Assembly: GCA_030704615.1 (NCBI GenBank)
Contig: CM060732.1
Location: 61,504,001 to 61,568,000, forward strand
Direction of reading: 5' to 3'
Origin: Takakia lepidozioides
Taxonomy: Eukaryota > Plantae > Bryophyta
DNA: 64,000 nt
The notes below the pieces were generated by a model, which saw only the letters and a list, made by a program, of their open reading frames with translations, was not told the DNA's origin and ran no database searches. Shown here piece by piece: positions 28,401-41,249 of this stretch (the stretch's first letter is position 1; every line of letters begins with the position of its first letter). A program made the position numbers and the translations under genes.

Positions 28401-29860
28401 CATCTTTTTTGGTAGCTCTCATGAAAGTTCTAGCTCCAAGGGACGGGGGTTGAATACCTTTTATATTTCTACATTTTTGTCTTGCAGAAATTTTTCGCGA
28501 TCGCCAATCGATGTTAGGATTGTGAAGTACGAACCAGGGAAGTCCAAGGATCACAGGATTTGTTGGAGACTGGATGACGTTGAAAACAATATGTGATGCT
28601 TGATCTTTAAGCTTCACTTCAAGTGGTCGAGTTTCATGGTCCACATTTCCTGATGCTAACGGTCGTCCATCGATGATTTCAACGAGGGCCGAGAGTTTCG
28701 TCTTTACGAGCATTAAATTGTGTTGCTTCGCAAAGTTTTTGTCCAGAAAACAAGCTGAAGCCCCTGAGTCCAAAAGTGCTTCTACAGAGATATCTCGATT
28801 TTGCACTCTGATTTTTACCGGAACTGTGAAGCAGGATGCAGGGTCTGGAGGTAGAAAGAGATCTTTTTTCGGTGAGAAATTGTGGTGTCCAGCCGCATGG
28901 TCCCTACTGTGACTGGACATCTTTGTTTTCCGACCTCCTCGTATCGAACACTTGAATTGCGCCCCGAGCTTTGAATCTTCTCTTGTTGGGGCAGTTTAAT
29001 GTTATGTGATCTTCTTCTCCGCAATAGAGGCATAATCCATTCGAGCGTCGTCTTTGTTTTTCTTGTGGCGTCAATGGCTTGAATCGGACAACATCAATCT
29101 GCATAGGATCACTACCGGATGTCTAATGGATCGTTATATTTGGTGCCGTAGTAGCAGCGGCATGATGCGTCGTCGACCATCCAGATCGCTTCTCTTGACG
29201 TCTTTCGAACAAACGATTATCGCATGCAATAACTTGGGTGATGAATTCACTCAGTGTGCTCACGTTTGGCATTGTCAGCAAGAAATCTTTTACACCATCT
29301 TTTAGCCCACATCGAAACTGAATAATGAGGCTCTTCTCATTCAGTCGAGGTCGCACGCAAGTTGTCGAAATTCGGCAGCATAAACAGAAGCAAGACGTAC
29401 TCCTTGTCGAAGATTTTGCATCTTTGTCTCTGCAACTCTTTCTCTATCATTCTCTCCAAACGTTGCAGTGAACTCGGACATGAATGCTTCAAAATTATAT
29501 AATAAATGCAATTTTTTTTTCTAATAGTGGTGCAAACCAAGATAGGGCAATGTCTGATAGAAGGGTGCCAACAAATCCCACTTGAATACCTTTATCGGGG
29601 TAGCGTTGTGGATGTAGTCGTAGGAACAGTCGTACTTGTTAAACAAAACCGCGAAATCTTGATCTCGTCCCATCAAATTTCTCGGGCATCCTGATCTTTG
29701 GTTCTCTCATAATCTGTTGAAGAGGAACCGTTGCAGTAGGAGCTGTTGCCGTAGGCACTCGTATGATTGAAGATCCATTGTTCGACTCCTTTAACTCTGA
29801 AATTTGTTGTTGCAAATTATGGAGAGCGTTGCCAAGATCTTGAGACTGATCAGCTTGCAA
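25420..29860 (-). pseudogene. gag-pol of the Gypsy element (multiple stops and frameshifts)
   Basis: Motifs include EPKIRMPEKFDG and GLCLYCGEEDH...NCP (gag zinc knuckle), ALLDSGAS (protease), [12 protein letters not shown] and YLDDIL (RT), VYTDHKNL (RNase H), SMDFITDL..GQTERVNQ (integrase), and [16 protein letters not shown] (chromodomain, about 25450-25620). Confidence 0.92.
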
Positions 29861-29975
29861 TTGGGCGGTAGAGATACTTGCATCTGGAGCTGAAGACTTT
29901 ATAATGTGACGACCATTTCCTCAAATGTGTCTCCCATCTTAACCAACTAAGGTTTAAACTTTAGTCTCGTCAAAC

Positions 29976-30518
29976 TGTCAAGGACGAAAACATGACTGAA
30001 CATAAACAAGATATCAGACTAGAGGTACAAGACTAGACAAGAAGTCAAGGTCGGCGTGGCCGAATGCATGGTGGGTCAACACGAATCAAGATGATCTTTA
30101 TAACAATGGACAAGAGTACAAGATATTAGTACTCGACTCGAATGCTGGAATGCTGGAAACTAGACTGGGGTACCCGATACTGGAAACTGAACTAGAGCAT
30201 TGGAAGCTGGACTGGAGTACTTGGACTGGGAACAAGAGTAGCTTGAACTTGTGTTGGCGAGACTAAAGAGTGTCTAGTCTCGCCTCCTATATATACTGGC
30301 TACTAGGAAGTTCCTTAAGAAGCTTCCCCTATAGAGGTTTCTTGATGGAGAAGCTTCAGTTTCCCAAGTTACTCTTAGTAATTTGGTAAACTCCCGGTAA
30401 CTTGGTAACTAATAGTAGATCATGGTAGATCATGGTAAATCATGATAAATCACGGTAAGTCGTGGTAACTTCTGGTAACTTGGTAACTTCTGGTATTACT
30501 CCTGGTAAGTCGTGGACA
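29976..30518 (-). repeat. 5' LTR of the Gypsy element
   Basis: Copy of 24148-24807 with an internal deletion and a degenerate outer end. It has TATATATAGG on the minus strand near 30290. Confidence 0.88.
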
Positions 30519-31475
30519 TTCATATGTAGAAAGACATGCCATAGCTAGAAATTTACTCTCTAATCTAATATGTGGAGCTGAAGACGAGAAGAGCTTGAAC
30601 TCATAAAAGAAGAAGCGGCGAAAAGATATGAAGTTGTCATGCAATTTGGAGGAAAATGTGCAAATGAGTGCAAGTAAAAGCCACTTCACCTTGCGGCTAC
30701 TATGGGTGGGGTTGGTATCGTGTGCACAAACCACGATCATGGGGGTTTTATGTTTTCTTAAGCATGGTCATAGGAGTTTTGTATTTTGAAACGAAGGTAA
30801 AACCATTAGGGAATATAGGGACTGATACGTTTACAGGGGACAAATGCGCTAATACAATAAACTACTTGGTCTATCTATACCACCTTCCATGAGATGAACA
30901 AACTAACTCAAATAACATAAGCAACAATAGATGACTAGGTTGGAGTTACTTTCTCTTGCTCAGGTAGTTTTGGTTTGAGAATTTACTAACTAACATGCAA
31001 AAAAAATTCTTAGTTATGACCTTGCCAAACTACCCAATTTAAAAAAAAGAAAACATGTGCGACCACCCTCTGCTTGTGGTCGAACCTATTAAAAAAATTG
31101 AAAATGTTGCGATCACCACCTGCTGGTGGTCGCACCCATTTAAAAAATAAGAAAAAATGTGCGACCACCCCCTTCTAGTGGTCGCACCTAGTTTTTTTTT
31201 TTTTAAATTGTCCGACCAACCTTTGATGACGGTCGCATGATTGACAATATAAATCATAATATATGAATTTACAAATAATTAATGAAGTCCACGTAATGAG
31301 GCCACATCGGTTGACACGTCGGTTCTCATAGTAAATAGTCAATAGTAAAGTAAAAAAATAAACATATTTATGTACAGTAACGTCGGTTTAAGACGTGACG
31401 TGACGCACGTCCGTCGCTGACGTCGGACGTGACGCTGACGCGTCAACGCCACGTCACGTCCAAATTTGCAACTAG

Positions 31476-34450
31476 GAATGGTGGGACAATCGAGGCAAAA
31501 AGGTGGATGCCTGTTGGATTACAGAAAGTAGCAGACGCAATGAGCATAGGAATGCTGAATTGTCAAAGACAATGTGGTGGTATGCATAACAGAGATATGG
31601 GATGGTGGCTGAGACCTATGATCAAATGATGGGGGAAGGGGTGAAGCCCAACCCCATCGCGTTTGTTTGCATCTGCAAGCCTGGCAGCCCTGGAAAAGGG
31701 CTAAGAGGTGCATGGTTGCATTGGGAAAGCTGGAATTGTACCAGATGTCATTCTGAATACCCTCGTGGAGGTATTTTAGCAAATTCAGATACATTTGTTT
31801 GTCTCTTGCTTAAGTGCATCAAGATGAAAGGTCGGGAAGCTGGAAAGCAGGTGCACACTTAGATTATCCAAAGTAGATTCACGCCAAGTGTTTTTCTCCT
31901 CAACACCTTTGTCAACATGTATGTTAAGTGTGGGAGCATCATGGATGCTCACCAAGTGTTCAGCAGAATGCCTCGACCATCTTTGATCACGTGGAATATA
32001 ATGTTGGCAGGATTTACCAAGCATGGGTGTGGTAGGAATGCTTTGGAGACCTATGAGCAAATGTTGCACATCACGTTCGTTTGTGTTTGCAATGCGTGTG
32101 CAAGCCTGGGAGCCCTGGAAAAAGGGGAAAGAGGTCCATGATGACATCGTGAAAGCTGGAATTGTACCAGATGTCATTCTGAACACTGCCCTGGTCGACA
32201 TGTATGCCAAATGTAAGTGCATTAAGGATGCAAAGGCAGTTTTCAACAATATGGCTGAACGAGATGTGGTGTTGTGGAGCACGATGATTGCAAGGTATGC
32301 ACAACAAGGACGTGGGGTGGAGGCTTTGGAGACCTATGAGCAAATGATGGGGGAAGGGGTGAAGCCCGACCACATCACGTTTGTGTGCGTTTGCAATGCG
32401 TGTGCAAGCCTGGCAGCTCTGGAAAAAGGCAAAGAGGCCCATGGCGACATTGTCAGAGCTGGAATTGTACCCAATGTCATTTTGAGCAATGCCCTCGTGG
32501 ACATGTATGCCAAATGTGGGAGTATCGAGGATGCGAAGGCAGTGTTCAACAATATGGCTGAATGAAATGTGGTGTCGTGGAACGCGATGCTTGTAGGGTA
32601 TGCACAGCAGGTCGATGTCGGGTGGAGGCCTATGAGCAAATGGTGGGGGAAGGGGTGAAGCCCGACCACATCATGTTTGTGTGCGTTTGCAATGCATGTG
32701 CAAGCCTGGCAGCCCTGGAAAATGGCAAAGAGGTGCATGGTTGCATCGCAAAAGCTGGAATTGTACCAGATGTGATTATGAACAATACCCTCGTGGACAT
32801 GGCAAAATGTGCGTGCATCGAGGATGCGGAGGGAGTGTTTGACAATATTGTCGTGGAGTGCAATGAGGGAGGCTTTGGAGACCTATGAGCAAATGATGGG
32901 GGAAGGGGTGAAGCCCGACCACATCACGTTTGTTTCCATTTGCAATGACTGTGCAACCCTAGCAGCCCTGGAAAAGGGCAAAGAGGTCCATGGTGACATC
33001 GTCAAAGCTAGAATTGTACACTGCCCTAGTGGACATGTATGCCAAATGTGGGTGCATTGAGGATGCGTAGGGAGTGTTTGACAATATGGCTGAACAAAAT
33101 GTGGTGTCGTGGAATGCGATGATCGCAAGATATGCCCAGCATGGTCATAGGGAGGTCCTCCAACTATTTAAAGGAAATGCAAAAGAATGGCTCGAAGCCG
33201 GACAGTCTCATCTTTATATGTGTTCTCTCTGCATGCAGCCACACTAGCCTACTGAATGAAGGACATCAAGATCATGGTGTCACTCCGACAGTAAAGCACT
33301 GTGGCTGTATGGTGGACCTTCTTGGACATGCGGGACAACTGGATGAGGCAGTGGATCTAATAATAAGATGCCAATCAATCCAGATCTTGTGGTGTGGAAG
33401 GCCTTGCTTGGTGCCTGCAGAATCCATGGCAATGTAGAGATGGCTGAACGTGCGGCAACATCTATCCTCAAATGGGATGAACAGGATGCCGCGACTTATG
33501 TGTTGCTATCAAACATGTATGCTGCAGCTGGCAGGTGGGATGATACTGCAAAGGTGAGAAGAATGATGAAGGTCAGAGGGGTTAGAAAGGAGCCAGGTCA
33601 CTGCATCATTGGCAACAGGGTGCACACCTTGCTGTAGATGACAAATTGCATCCCCATTAAGGAAATCCATGTTGAGCTGAGAAGATTGTCTGGGCAGATG
33701 AAAGGAGGCGGGGTATGTGTCTGACACGCGTTTTGTATTGCATGATGTGGGGGAGGAGGAAAATGAATTTTCTCTTTGCCACCATAGTGAGAGGCTGGCC
33801 ATCGGTTTTGGGCTGATCAGGTTTGTGTGCGGTTGCAGTGCGTGTGCAAGCCTCGCAGCCCTGGAAAAGGGCAAAGAGGCCCATGGCAACATTGTCAGAG
33901 CTGATGTGGTGTCGTGGAACTCGATGCTTGCAGGGTATGCACAGCAGGGGAACTGGATGGAGATTTTGGCACCAGATGTTATGCTTGGCACACTATGTAA
34001 ATCCAGTAAGACTAGGGAGAAGTTGAGTAGCTCAGTCTCAACCCTTTCCTAGTGCCAACAAACTCTGATGTGGATTCACACCAAGAAAGGTCTGGAAGCT
34101 GGAAAGCAGGTGCACACTCACAAGCATCGCAGGGTATGCATAGCAGGGACGTGGGATGGTGGATTTGGAGACCTGTGATCAAATTATGGGGGAAGGGGTG
34201 AAGCCCAACCACATCATGTTTTTGTGTGATTGCAATGTTTGTGCAAGCCTGGCAGCCCTGGAAAAGGTCAAAAGAGGTCTATGGTGACATTGTCAAAGCT
34301 GGAATTGTACCAGATGTCATTCTGAACTCTGCCCTAGTGGACATGTATGCCCAATGTAGGTGCATTGAGGATGCAAAGCAAGGAACTTATGTGTACTCTA
34401 TTTATGTACTGGGCAGGGAGGCTTTGGAGATTGTGAATGGGTGATGCTTG
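31476..34450 (+). pseudogene. Scrambled PLS-class PPR (E/E+/partial DYW) organellar RNA-editing-factor pseudogene tract
   Basis: Repeated P-L-S triplets (DVVxWxxMxxGYAQQGRG.EALETYEQM..EGVKPDHITFVCVCNACASL.ALEKGKE.H..I.KAGI.PDV.L..ALVDMYAKC) are followed by an E domain (VWKALLGACRIHGN..ATYVLLSNMYAAAGRW) and the DYW start (VLHDV.EEE...[16 protein letters not shown]). Many stops and frameshifts. Confidence 0.9.
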
Positions 34451-34948
34451 GTAGGTGAACCTCATGTGTATTCTGATGCATGTGCCAGTCTTTGAGCACT
34501 GAAAAAGTGCAAATGGATCTGTATGTATTTGTAAGCCTATACGTTCTTATGTGAGGTTCTCTAGTTTTATGACAGGAACAGATCAATTGTGAGCAGGAAG
34601 TGAAGGGCCATTTCCTATTGGAATTCCTCAATCAGCATAGCTGGGCCTGAATCCAACATCAATGGACTAGGCTTTTCGTCTTCACTAGGTGTTGCTGCTA
34701 AAAAAATAACCGATTGTGAGAGGGGCTCTAATCGAATGATGCTTCCAGGTACAGGTGAAGCAAAGGAATATAACATACTGTTACATCGCACTTTGCACCT
34801 AACTTCCCAGCAAAGCGGTTTAGCATCAACCTCGGTCTGAGAGAGAAAGCCACAGTTCTATAGATTAGCGTGATTAATTTTAAAGTCGCACTCTTAGGGT
34901 TTAATTTTCCTGAAAAAACCCACTGATATATACTTTCATCTGCCTCTG

Positions 34949-34949
<1 letters not shown>

Positions 34950-35002
<53 letters not shown>
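34950..35002. repeat. (CT)n microsatellite
   Basis: Uninterrupted CT dinucleotide run. Confidence 0.95.
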
Positions 35003-35008
<6 letters not shown>

Positions 35009-35018
35009 TACAAACAAC

Positions 35019-35512
35019 CATGTCAACGTCGGAAATAGCCGACACAATAAACGGACCAACAAATCCAGGAAATAACCCACCAAGACATGACAAACGTGAT
35101 ATACGACAGTTTCACGTCCAATGACCATCATGCCGTAAAGGTGGGGAACACATGGAAGCGCCTACCCTACAGTATAAACTTCCACAACGCCTTGTGGAAT
35201 GTCCCTTCGGACCGTGAAGAAATAGCAATCTTCGTAGGTATTGCAAAATTCCCCTACCTTGGCAAAACTGGGAATTACAGATTTGTGACTTTCGCCGAAG
35301 AACTAAAAGACGCAAAATTCACAATATTGATAGAAGACAGCCATTTCTTGTTCGACTACACAAATACAATATAGAATGGTTCGATAATTGAAGGAGGAGA
35401 AGCAAGGACATGACGTGGATGGGTGGAAACAACATGAGCTTCACGAAAAAAAACTCCTAAAAACTAACGCAAACAACTCTGGCTCGACATCCGGTAACAA
35501 CAAACGTCAAAA
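35019..35512 (+). pseudogene. 5' part of a decayed intronless ORF, possibly a virus-like OB-fold ssDNA-binding protein, interrupted by the CACTA element
   Basis: An A-rich ORF (35087-35374 plus flanking frameshifted codons) runs up to the CACTA terminus. Similar A-rich coding sequence resumes at about 46048. Confidence 0.35.
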
Positions 35513-36600
35513 CACTAGAAGAAAAACGCGGAGTAACCACTCTGTTAACCACTCATTTTGAGTGGTAAAAGACACTAAACCACTCTGGCCCCAGAGTGAT
35601 GAAGAACCAGTGGATTAGGACAAGTGAGTGGTAAAAGACATTACGTGGCACCCGTGGTTAAGGAGAGTGGTTCGAACCAGTCACGTCCGGGTCCACCTGT
35701 TAGCTGACGTGTCACAGTGGTAAATTAACCACTGTGACATGTCAATGATGTGTCACTGAGGTAAAGCAACCACTTATGACGTGTCACAGTGGTAAACTGA
35801 CGTGTCATAGTGGTAAAGTAACCACTTCCGTTTTGTAGTGGAGACGTGTAAGCCGGTGGTCCGTGGATGATATTGGAGATTATGTCAACACGTGGCGACA
35901 CTCTCAGCATGGACACGTGTCGTGTGTCAGTGCTACGAAATGGATCGAATGAAAAATTCAATGACTTCCGAAACCACTTTTTGAGTGACCAAAAATAACT
36001 CATAGAATCATTCTATGAAAACTGAGAATATACAATATCACTCACAGAGTGGTTATTCGAGTGGATGACGTCTCTTAGCAAGTCATTGGAATGATTACCC
36101 ACAGAGTGGTGTGTAAGCTATTTGAGTCATTCATGGTGTCTCTCTGAGTGGGAACTATGGATTGGAGTGATTACTAACAGAGTGGTGTGTAAATGATTAG
36201 GAATACCACTGGAGGAATTCATACCACTAGTACAGTAATATATATGTGACTACTTATACCACTATACGAGTGGTAATGTAGGCAATTGTGTGCATTTGGC
36301 TACTCCCACAGTTTTAAATTGTACCACTATTACAGTGATGTGCAAGTGATTATGAACGTGACTAGAGGAACACATACCACTAGTGTAGTGTTTAAAGAAG
36401 TACCATTGGGGATTCAAGCTCCACAAAATAGAATAGAATCCCAAAGAGTTAAGTGCTGGAACACTGTCAACAAAATCCGGCCATGATAAAATGAAGAGCC
36501 TAACTTCTACACGGCGTCTCCGCATGCATGCTAGGAACACTGAACTGCTTTCTTGCCTTCTTCTCACTGCCAGCAATGTTTATGCCCGGGCGAACAAAAT

Positions 36601-38600
36601 CTAAGCCCTCCTCATGTTCTTCTCTGGCCAAAGACAATTCAGACCGACGACATCCTCCAACATTGTTTGCGGTGGGACCTCTTCCTTGTTAGGGTGAGGC
36701 AAGACACAATTGACAATAGAGATATCATTTACCTCAACCCGCCACAATCCCTCAGGTATAACACGGCAGTGATATGTATATTTGCCAGGCACACCAGTGA
36801 CAATTCCACTGGCAGCCCTGTGTCGTGGTAAATGAGGATCATACAGGCTGATTTTATCCTTCAACTTAAACTGCACACAACACCCACCATAAAAACCACA
36901 TTAATCAACCCATGAAGACATACATGTACATTGAAAACTAGATAATGAGGACTGCCTAGTATAAGCAATCACTGAAAGTGTAGAGTACTTTTGGTAGCAT
37001 AAGAATATCTGCCACTGTGGCAGGGGATTGATATTTGGGGGTTGCCTTTGAAGGCGCCGCAGTTGGTGCACTATCGGTGGCAGTATCAAGAGCAGCTTTC
37101 TCATCCTGCAAACATCACGCCCAACACCCCTTAGCAGTTACATTTAGCAATGCATCTACTAATAGTTTGAAGTACCCAACATCTAAATGGCCACATTGTA
37201 CAGAACTGATAGCCAACAGGTGCATGCATGCTCACCTCTAGTACGGAAACTGCTGCATGGAGAGGTACCTCCTGAAGGCCCACCTGATTCTTACTCCCGC
37301 TAGAACTTGGTGTTATGTCACCATTTGCATCAGTCAAGGACTTTGTGCCTTTGGCAGCAGTGGCTCTGGTTACACGCTCTCCTTTTTGCATGTACTTCTT
37401 CTTAGCTCCCTTCACGATGGCTGGGGCAGGGTCCTCTGCTTTAGTCCCCTTCTACATGCCAACAAAACAACAAGGTATAGTACATGAGTACATCTTACCT
37501 ACCTGATGCATAGAATTCATGGCACACACCAATAAATAGATCATTCATGAAATGTTTTCAGAGTCAAAAACAAAAAGCCCAAGGACAGGAACCAAGATAA
37601 AGTCTTTGAGGGCGTACCTCTTTCTGTGGGGAAGTTGGCTTTACATGCTGATCTGCCAACCCCCTACTGTCACCCTTACCAGCACTCTCGGTGGAGCAGA
37701 CCTTCCAACCCTCAATGGGTTGGTAACATTGGATCGTGCTCTCTTCATGTTCTCACTCTCTTTCTTGCCCTTAGGGGAATCCCAGTACTTCACCAATGCA
37801 TCCCAATGGCAGGACTCTACACTCGGAGGGCATGGACCTCCAGCCAACCACACCAGCTTTAACTTTTGGCGGTGTACTTTTATAATCCTCCCACGTGCCT
37901 TGTGGTACTTGTCAACGCTCATAAGTTTAGGAATAGTACTCAAACTCCGCGTCCATGGATTCCTTAACCTTGGCCATGTCACTGGGTTCATGCTTGTCTG
38001 CTAGCAAAATACTAGGATCAAGATATCTGATGCAGAGTCCCCACAACGAGCTCTGCCAGTAATCCTTCCCCTCACACCCCTGGTCTACTTCCCCCTTACA
38101 GTTTAGTTGTACCTTGTGCGGCTTCAGCCCAACAGATTTGCGGGCTTTCGCATCAGTTTCATGTTCCTTTGCAGCTAGCCTTTTTTGTCTTTTTTTGTTT
38201 GCAGCCTACGACGCCACATCCCCTTGTTGTGTGGAATCTTGATCATCACCAGCAAGGGGGGGTGAATGGAGGAGCAACACCATTAAAAGGGGGGCCTGCC
38301 CACTGCCCACCAGCGGCGTTGCATGGAGGGCCCCAAGTTTGGGCACCTCCTTGTACCCAAGCTCCTTGGGGTCCTCCATTGGACCCACTTGGAATCCATG
38401 ACCACGTATTCGTCGTCTATGGAGGGGCCATGGGCTGCTGCCAGGTAGGTGGTCCTTGATGCAGCCACGTTTGCCCACCTCTGGATTGCACCCATGGGCC
38501 AATCGGGCCTTGTTGCACCCATGTCGTAGGTGGACCAATAGCATTCGCCATAGCCTCAGTCCCCCCTTCCTTTGCTCGCTTTGATGCAGCCTAACACAAG
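36601..38600 (-). pseudogene. TnpA/Ptta-like second gene of the CACTA element (multi-exon, decayed; may begin near 40750)
   Basis: WDALVKYWDSPKGKKESENMKRARSNVTNPLRVGR is Ptta/En-Spm-like. The C-terminal exon reads ASGIV..HCRVIPEGLWRVEV....LPHP....MLEDVVG...LWP. Confidence 0.65.
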
Positions 38601-39389
38601 CCCCTCCACCCCACAAAGTTAGCAATTATGGAAAATAAGGTCAACCGGGCAACGAGCAAGGTCGGCAGTTCGTGAACGCATACAAACCTTGGCCCAACGT
38701 GCCAAAAAAAGTTTGGCATCCAATGGCGTGAATGCATGGAATGTCATGCTCTGGCGCCCTAGCAATGTCCCACATCCATTCAGTATTAAAACCCTAACAC
38801 ATGTTCTAACCCTTTGAAATTTAATCCATGGGTCAAGCCATACATAGTCCAACTCGTAAGCCATTCATCTTTCTAAAAAGGTTTCCAGATCATTCACATT
38901 TAGGAAAGAACCTTGGTTTGATATATAACATTTACCACCATATATGCAGATTGTAAACTCATCACAAAAGCAGATTGCAGGTCTGGAGATAAATCTCCGG
39001 AACCAGGCTCAAAGCATATCAGGTTCAAAATGAAACAATCAACCACTCATGCCTTAAGTTCACAAGCCAATCATAGTAGTAATAGGCTTGGTTATATAAA
39101 CCAATCACCATCTCGGTCACTGTAAGCATATATATTTCATGAGTCATTCTCCAGCCTCCTCTCCCTCACTCTCAGTCCAGCCCCACACACTCCCTTCTCC
39201 ATCAGTTCATCACTCCAAAGATCATTCCTCCGCCATACACCCCAGCCTCTTACTCACTTAGATTTACCCTAAACCTTGCTCGGTTCTGCCTCTACCTTTG
39301 CTTTACACAAAACCCTACCCTAAACCCTACACATCATGAAAATGCTCAATTGCTTCCACAATCTGAGAGGAACTAAGGGTGACATTGTA

Positions 39390-40550
39390 CTCATAAGACG
39401 TTGTTTGCCGTAGCCTTGTGGCCATTGACCCCGCGCCCAGTTTGAGCGGGAACAAAAAGAACAGAATCTCCCTCTGTCAGGGGCTGACGTTGGTAGTAAG
39501 ACTTACCTTCATATAAAGAATTAATCCGGGTTTTCCAGATATCCTCTAGAGATCCCTTCACACAAGCATCAATCTGTTGTGTGTGATTTGCCCAAAAACT
39601 AGGCCTCGGGAGGGCCTGGGCTTTTGGCTCAGCCTCGAGACTTTCAAAGTTGGTAAACAAGGTTACAGGCACAATTCCCTTGATAGAATTGAAGAGAGCG
39701 TCTCTTTGGTGAGAGAACCCCGGACAGTGTATCAGAAAAATGAATGTTGTCTTCAGATTGCCCACACAACGGGCAATTGCACTCTCCCTTTCCTCTCTGT
39801 TTCTGTGTGCTGTTCAAAGATAGGCTTCCTGCCCTGAGTTTAAATTTCGGTCTAGTGCCGAGGGTGGGTAGACCCTTGAGGTCATCCAAGATGTCGTCCC
39901 CCATGTCACTGACTGGAAACAAGTTTAGGGAAGTTTTCTGCCTAACTTCATTTTCATCAGACAATCTCATGGCAACAGACATGGCTTTGGACACTACAGC
40001 CTCTAAGTCAGATTTATCCAGCAGGGTCAAGACTTGCGGATCCCAAGTCCAAGTCCTTCAGAATCTCTAGCAATCTCTTCTACCAGGACTTAGCCTGTTT
40101 GACAGGGCGGTCCTGTTTCCAAGATATAGAGTCGATTAACTTAGGATATCTGGTCTTGGGCATATGTTGCAGCTGACCCCACCATCTGACCTTGAATTCA
40201 TCTCGTCGGGAGCTTAAGGACGGAATGCCAAACTCACCCCGAACAGCCACATTGGCTGTTTTGGAGCATGCTAACATACACTCCTTAAGCACCCCCACTT
40301 GAATGGATTCTACAGACTTAGCCTGATTGGAGTTATCAACCCATATAGCAGATCCGTACTCCAAGGCAGGTCTAATAACGCGACAAACCATTGTTTTCTT
40401 AACCTCAGAGTTGACCCCTCTGCAGTGGAAAAATTTAGTGAGCCCCAGAGCTTTGCCCTTGCCAGTTTGAACAACTTTCCGGATATGTGCATCCCAATTA
40501 CAATTGGAGGAAAATTGAACGCCCAGGTAAGTGCAGTGGTAGCATTCAAC
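39390..40550 (-). mobile_element. 5'-truncated non-LTR retrotransposon (LINE) inserted in the CACTA element
   Basis: RT C-terminal motifs YLGVQFSSNCNWDAHI and IRPALEYGSAIW, plus a CPLC..E...H....CP zinc finger. The same 3' end recurs at 9812 and 48577. Confidence 0.85.
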
Positions 40551-41249
40551 GACAGAGGAGAAGGAGGAAGTGATCTTAAGTGGCAATGGGGTAGCCAAGA
40601 GATCCCGGTCACCATCCCATCACATTCTCCTGGGGTAAGTGACTCCTCTTCTCCTCCACTTTCGCTCTCTCCTGAACTAGGTGCTCTTGCCAAATCGCCT
40701 CCAGTGCCATCGTCGTTCAAATGTTTTGGGCTGCGTTCACTCGTTGCCATAGAACCTGCACTCTCCCTCAGCAAAATTGAAAAGAGACTGAGCCTAACTA
40801 AACCCTACAAGTGCACATTCAGATTGAGCGATGGAGGAGGCTGTAGATATAAGCACATGACAACAAATGGGCTAACGGCTTCGTGCTAACTACAAATGCA
40901 TATGATGGGCTGGGCTACTGCTCACACATCCTATCTTATAGCTTGTACCTAGAAGTAGGGTCTGCTAGGTCACCACATAGTGATTCAATCCACTCTGAAT
41001 ATTACTAAGAAGGTGGTTTGTAGATGACAAGAGGCAATTTTTTCCATTTTCTGCACTGTCAGAGTCATACTCACTCTTTTTGTAGTTCTAAAATAGAAAT
41101 ATGAGGTGTGAAACAACCACTCAGAAAGTGGTACCTTACAACTCTATGAGTAGAGACGTACAGTACATTGTTGAAATTCTTGCTTTTTAGGGACTTGGTA
41201 TATTAATCTTGATTCTCCCCTGATACCAGGAAATGAATTCCTTAGCATC

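Larger units (their letters stand above)
24148..30518 (-). mobile_element. Ty3/Gypsy chromovirus LTR retrotransposon, full length but decayed
   Basis: Direct-repeat LTRs lie at 24148-24807 (TGTCA..TGACA) and 29976-30518. A PPT (AGAGAAGAGGG on minus) is next to the 3' LTR. Domain order is gag-PR-RT-RH-INT-chromodomain. No TSD was recognised. Confidence 0.95.

Noticed and set aside
31785-33991. Long minus-strand ORFs over the PPR tracts (also 48736-50599)
   Set aside because: They are antisense shadows of the repetitive plus-strand PPR frame.
39260-39330. Telomere-like ACCCTAAACCCT motifs
   Set aside because: Only two or three degenerate units; at most telo-box-like, not an interstitial telomere array.
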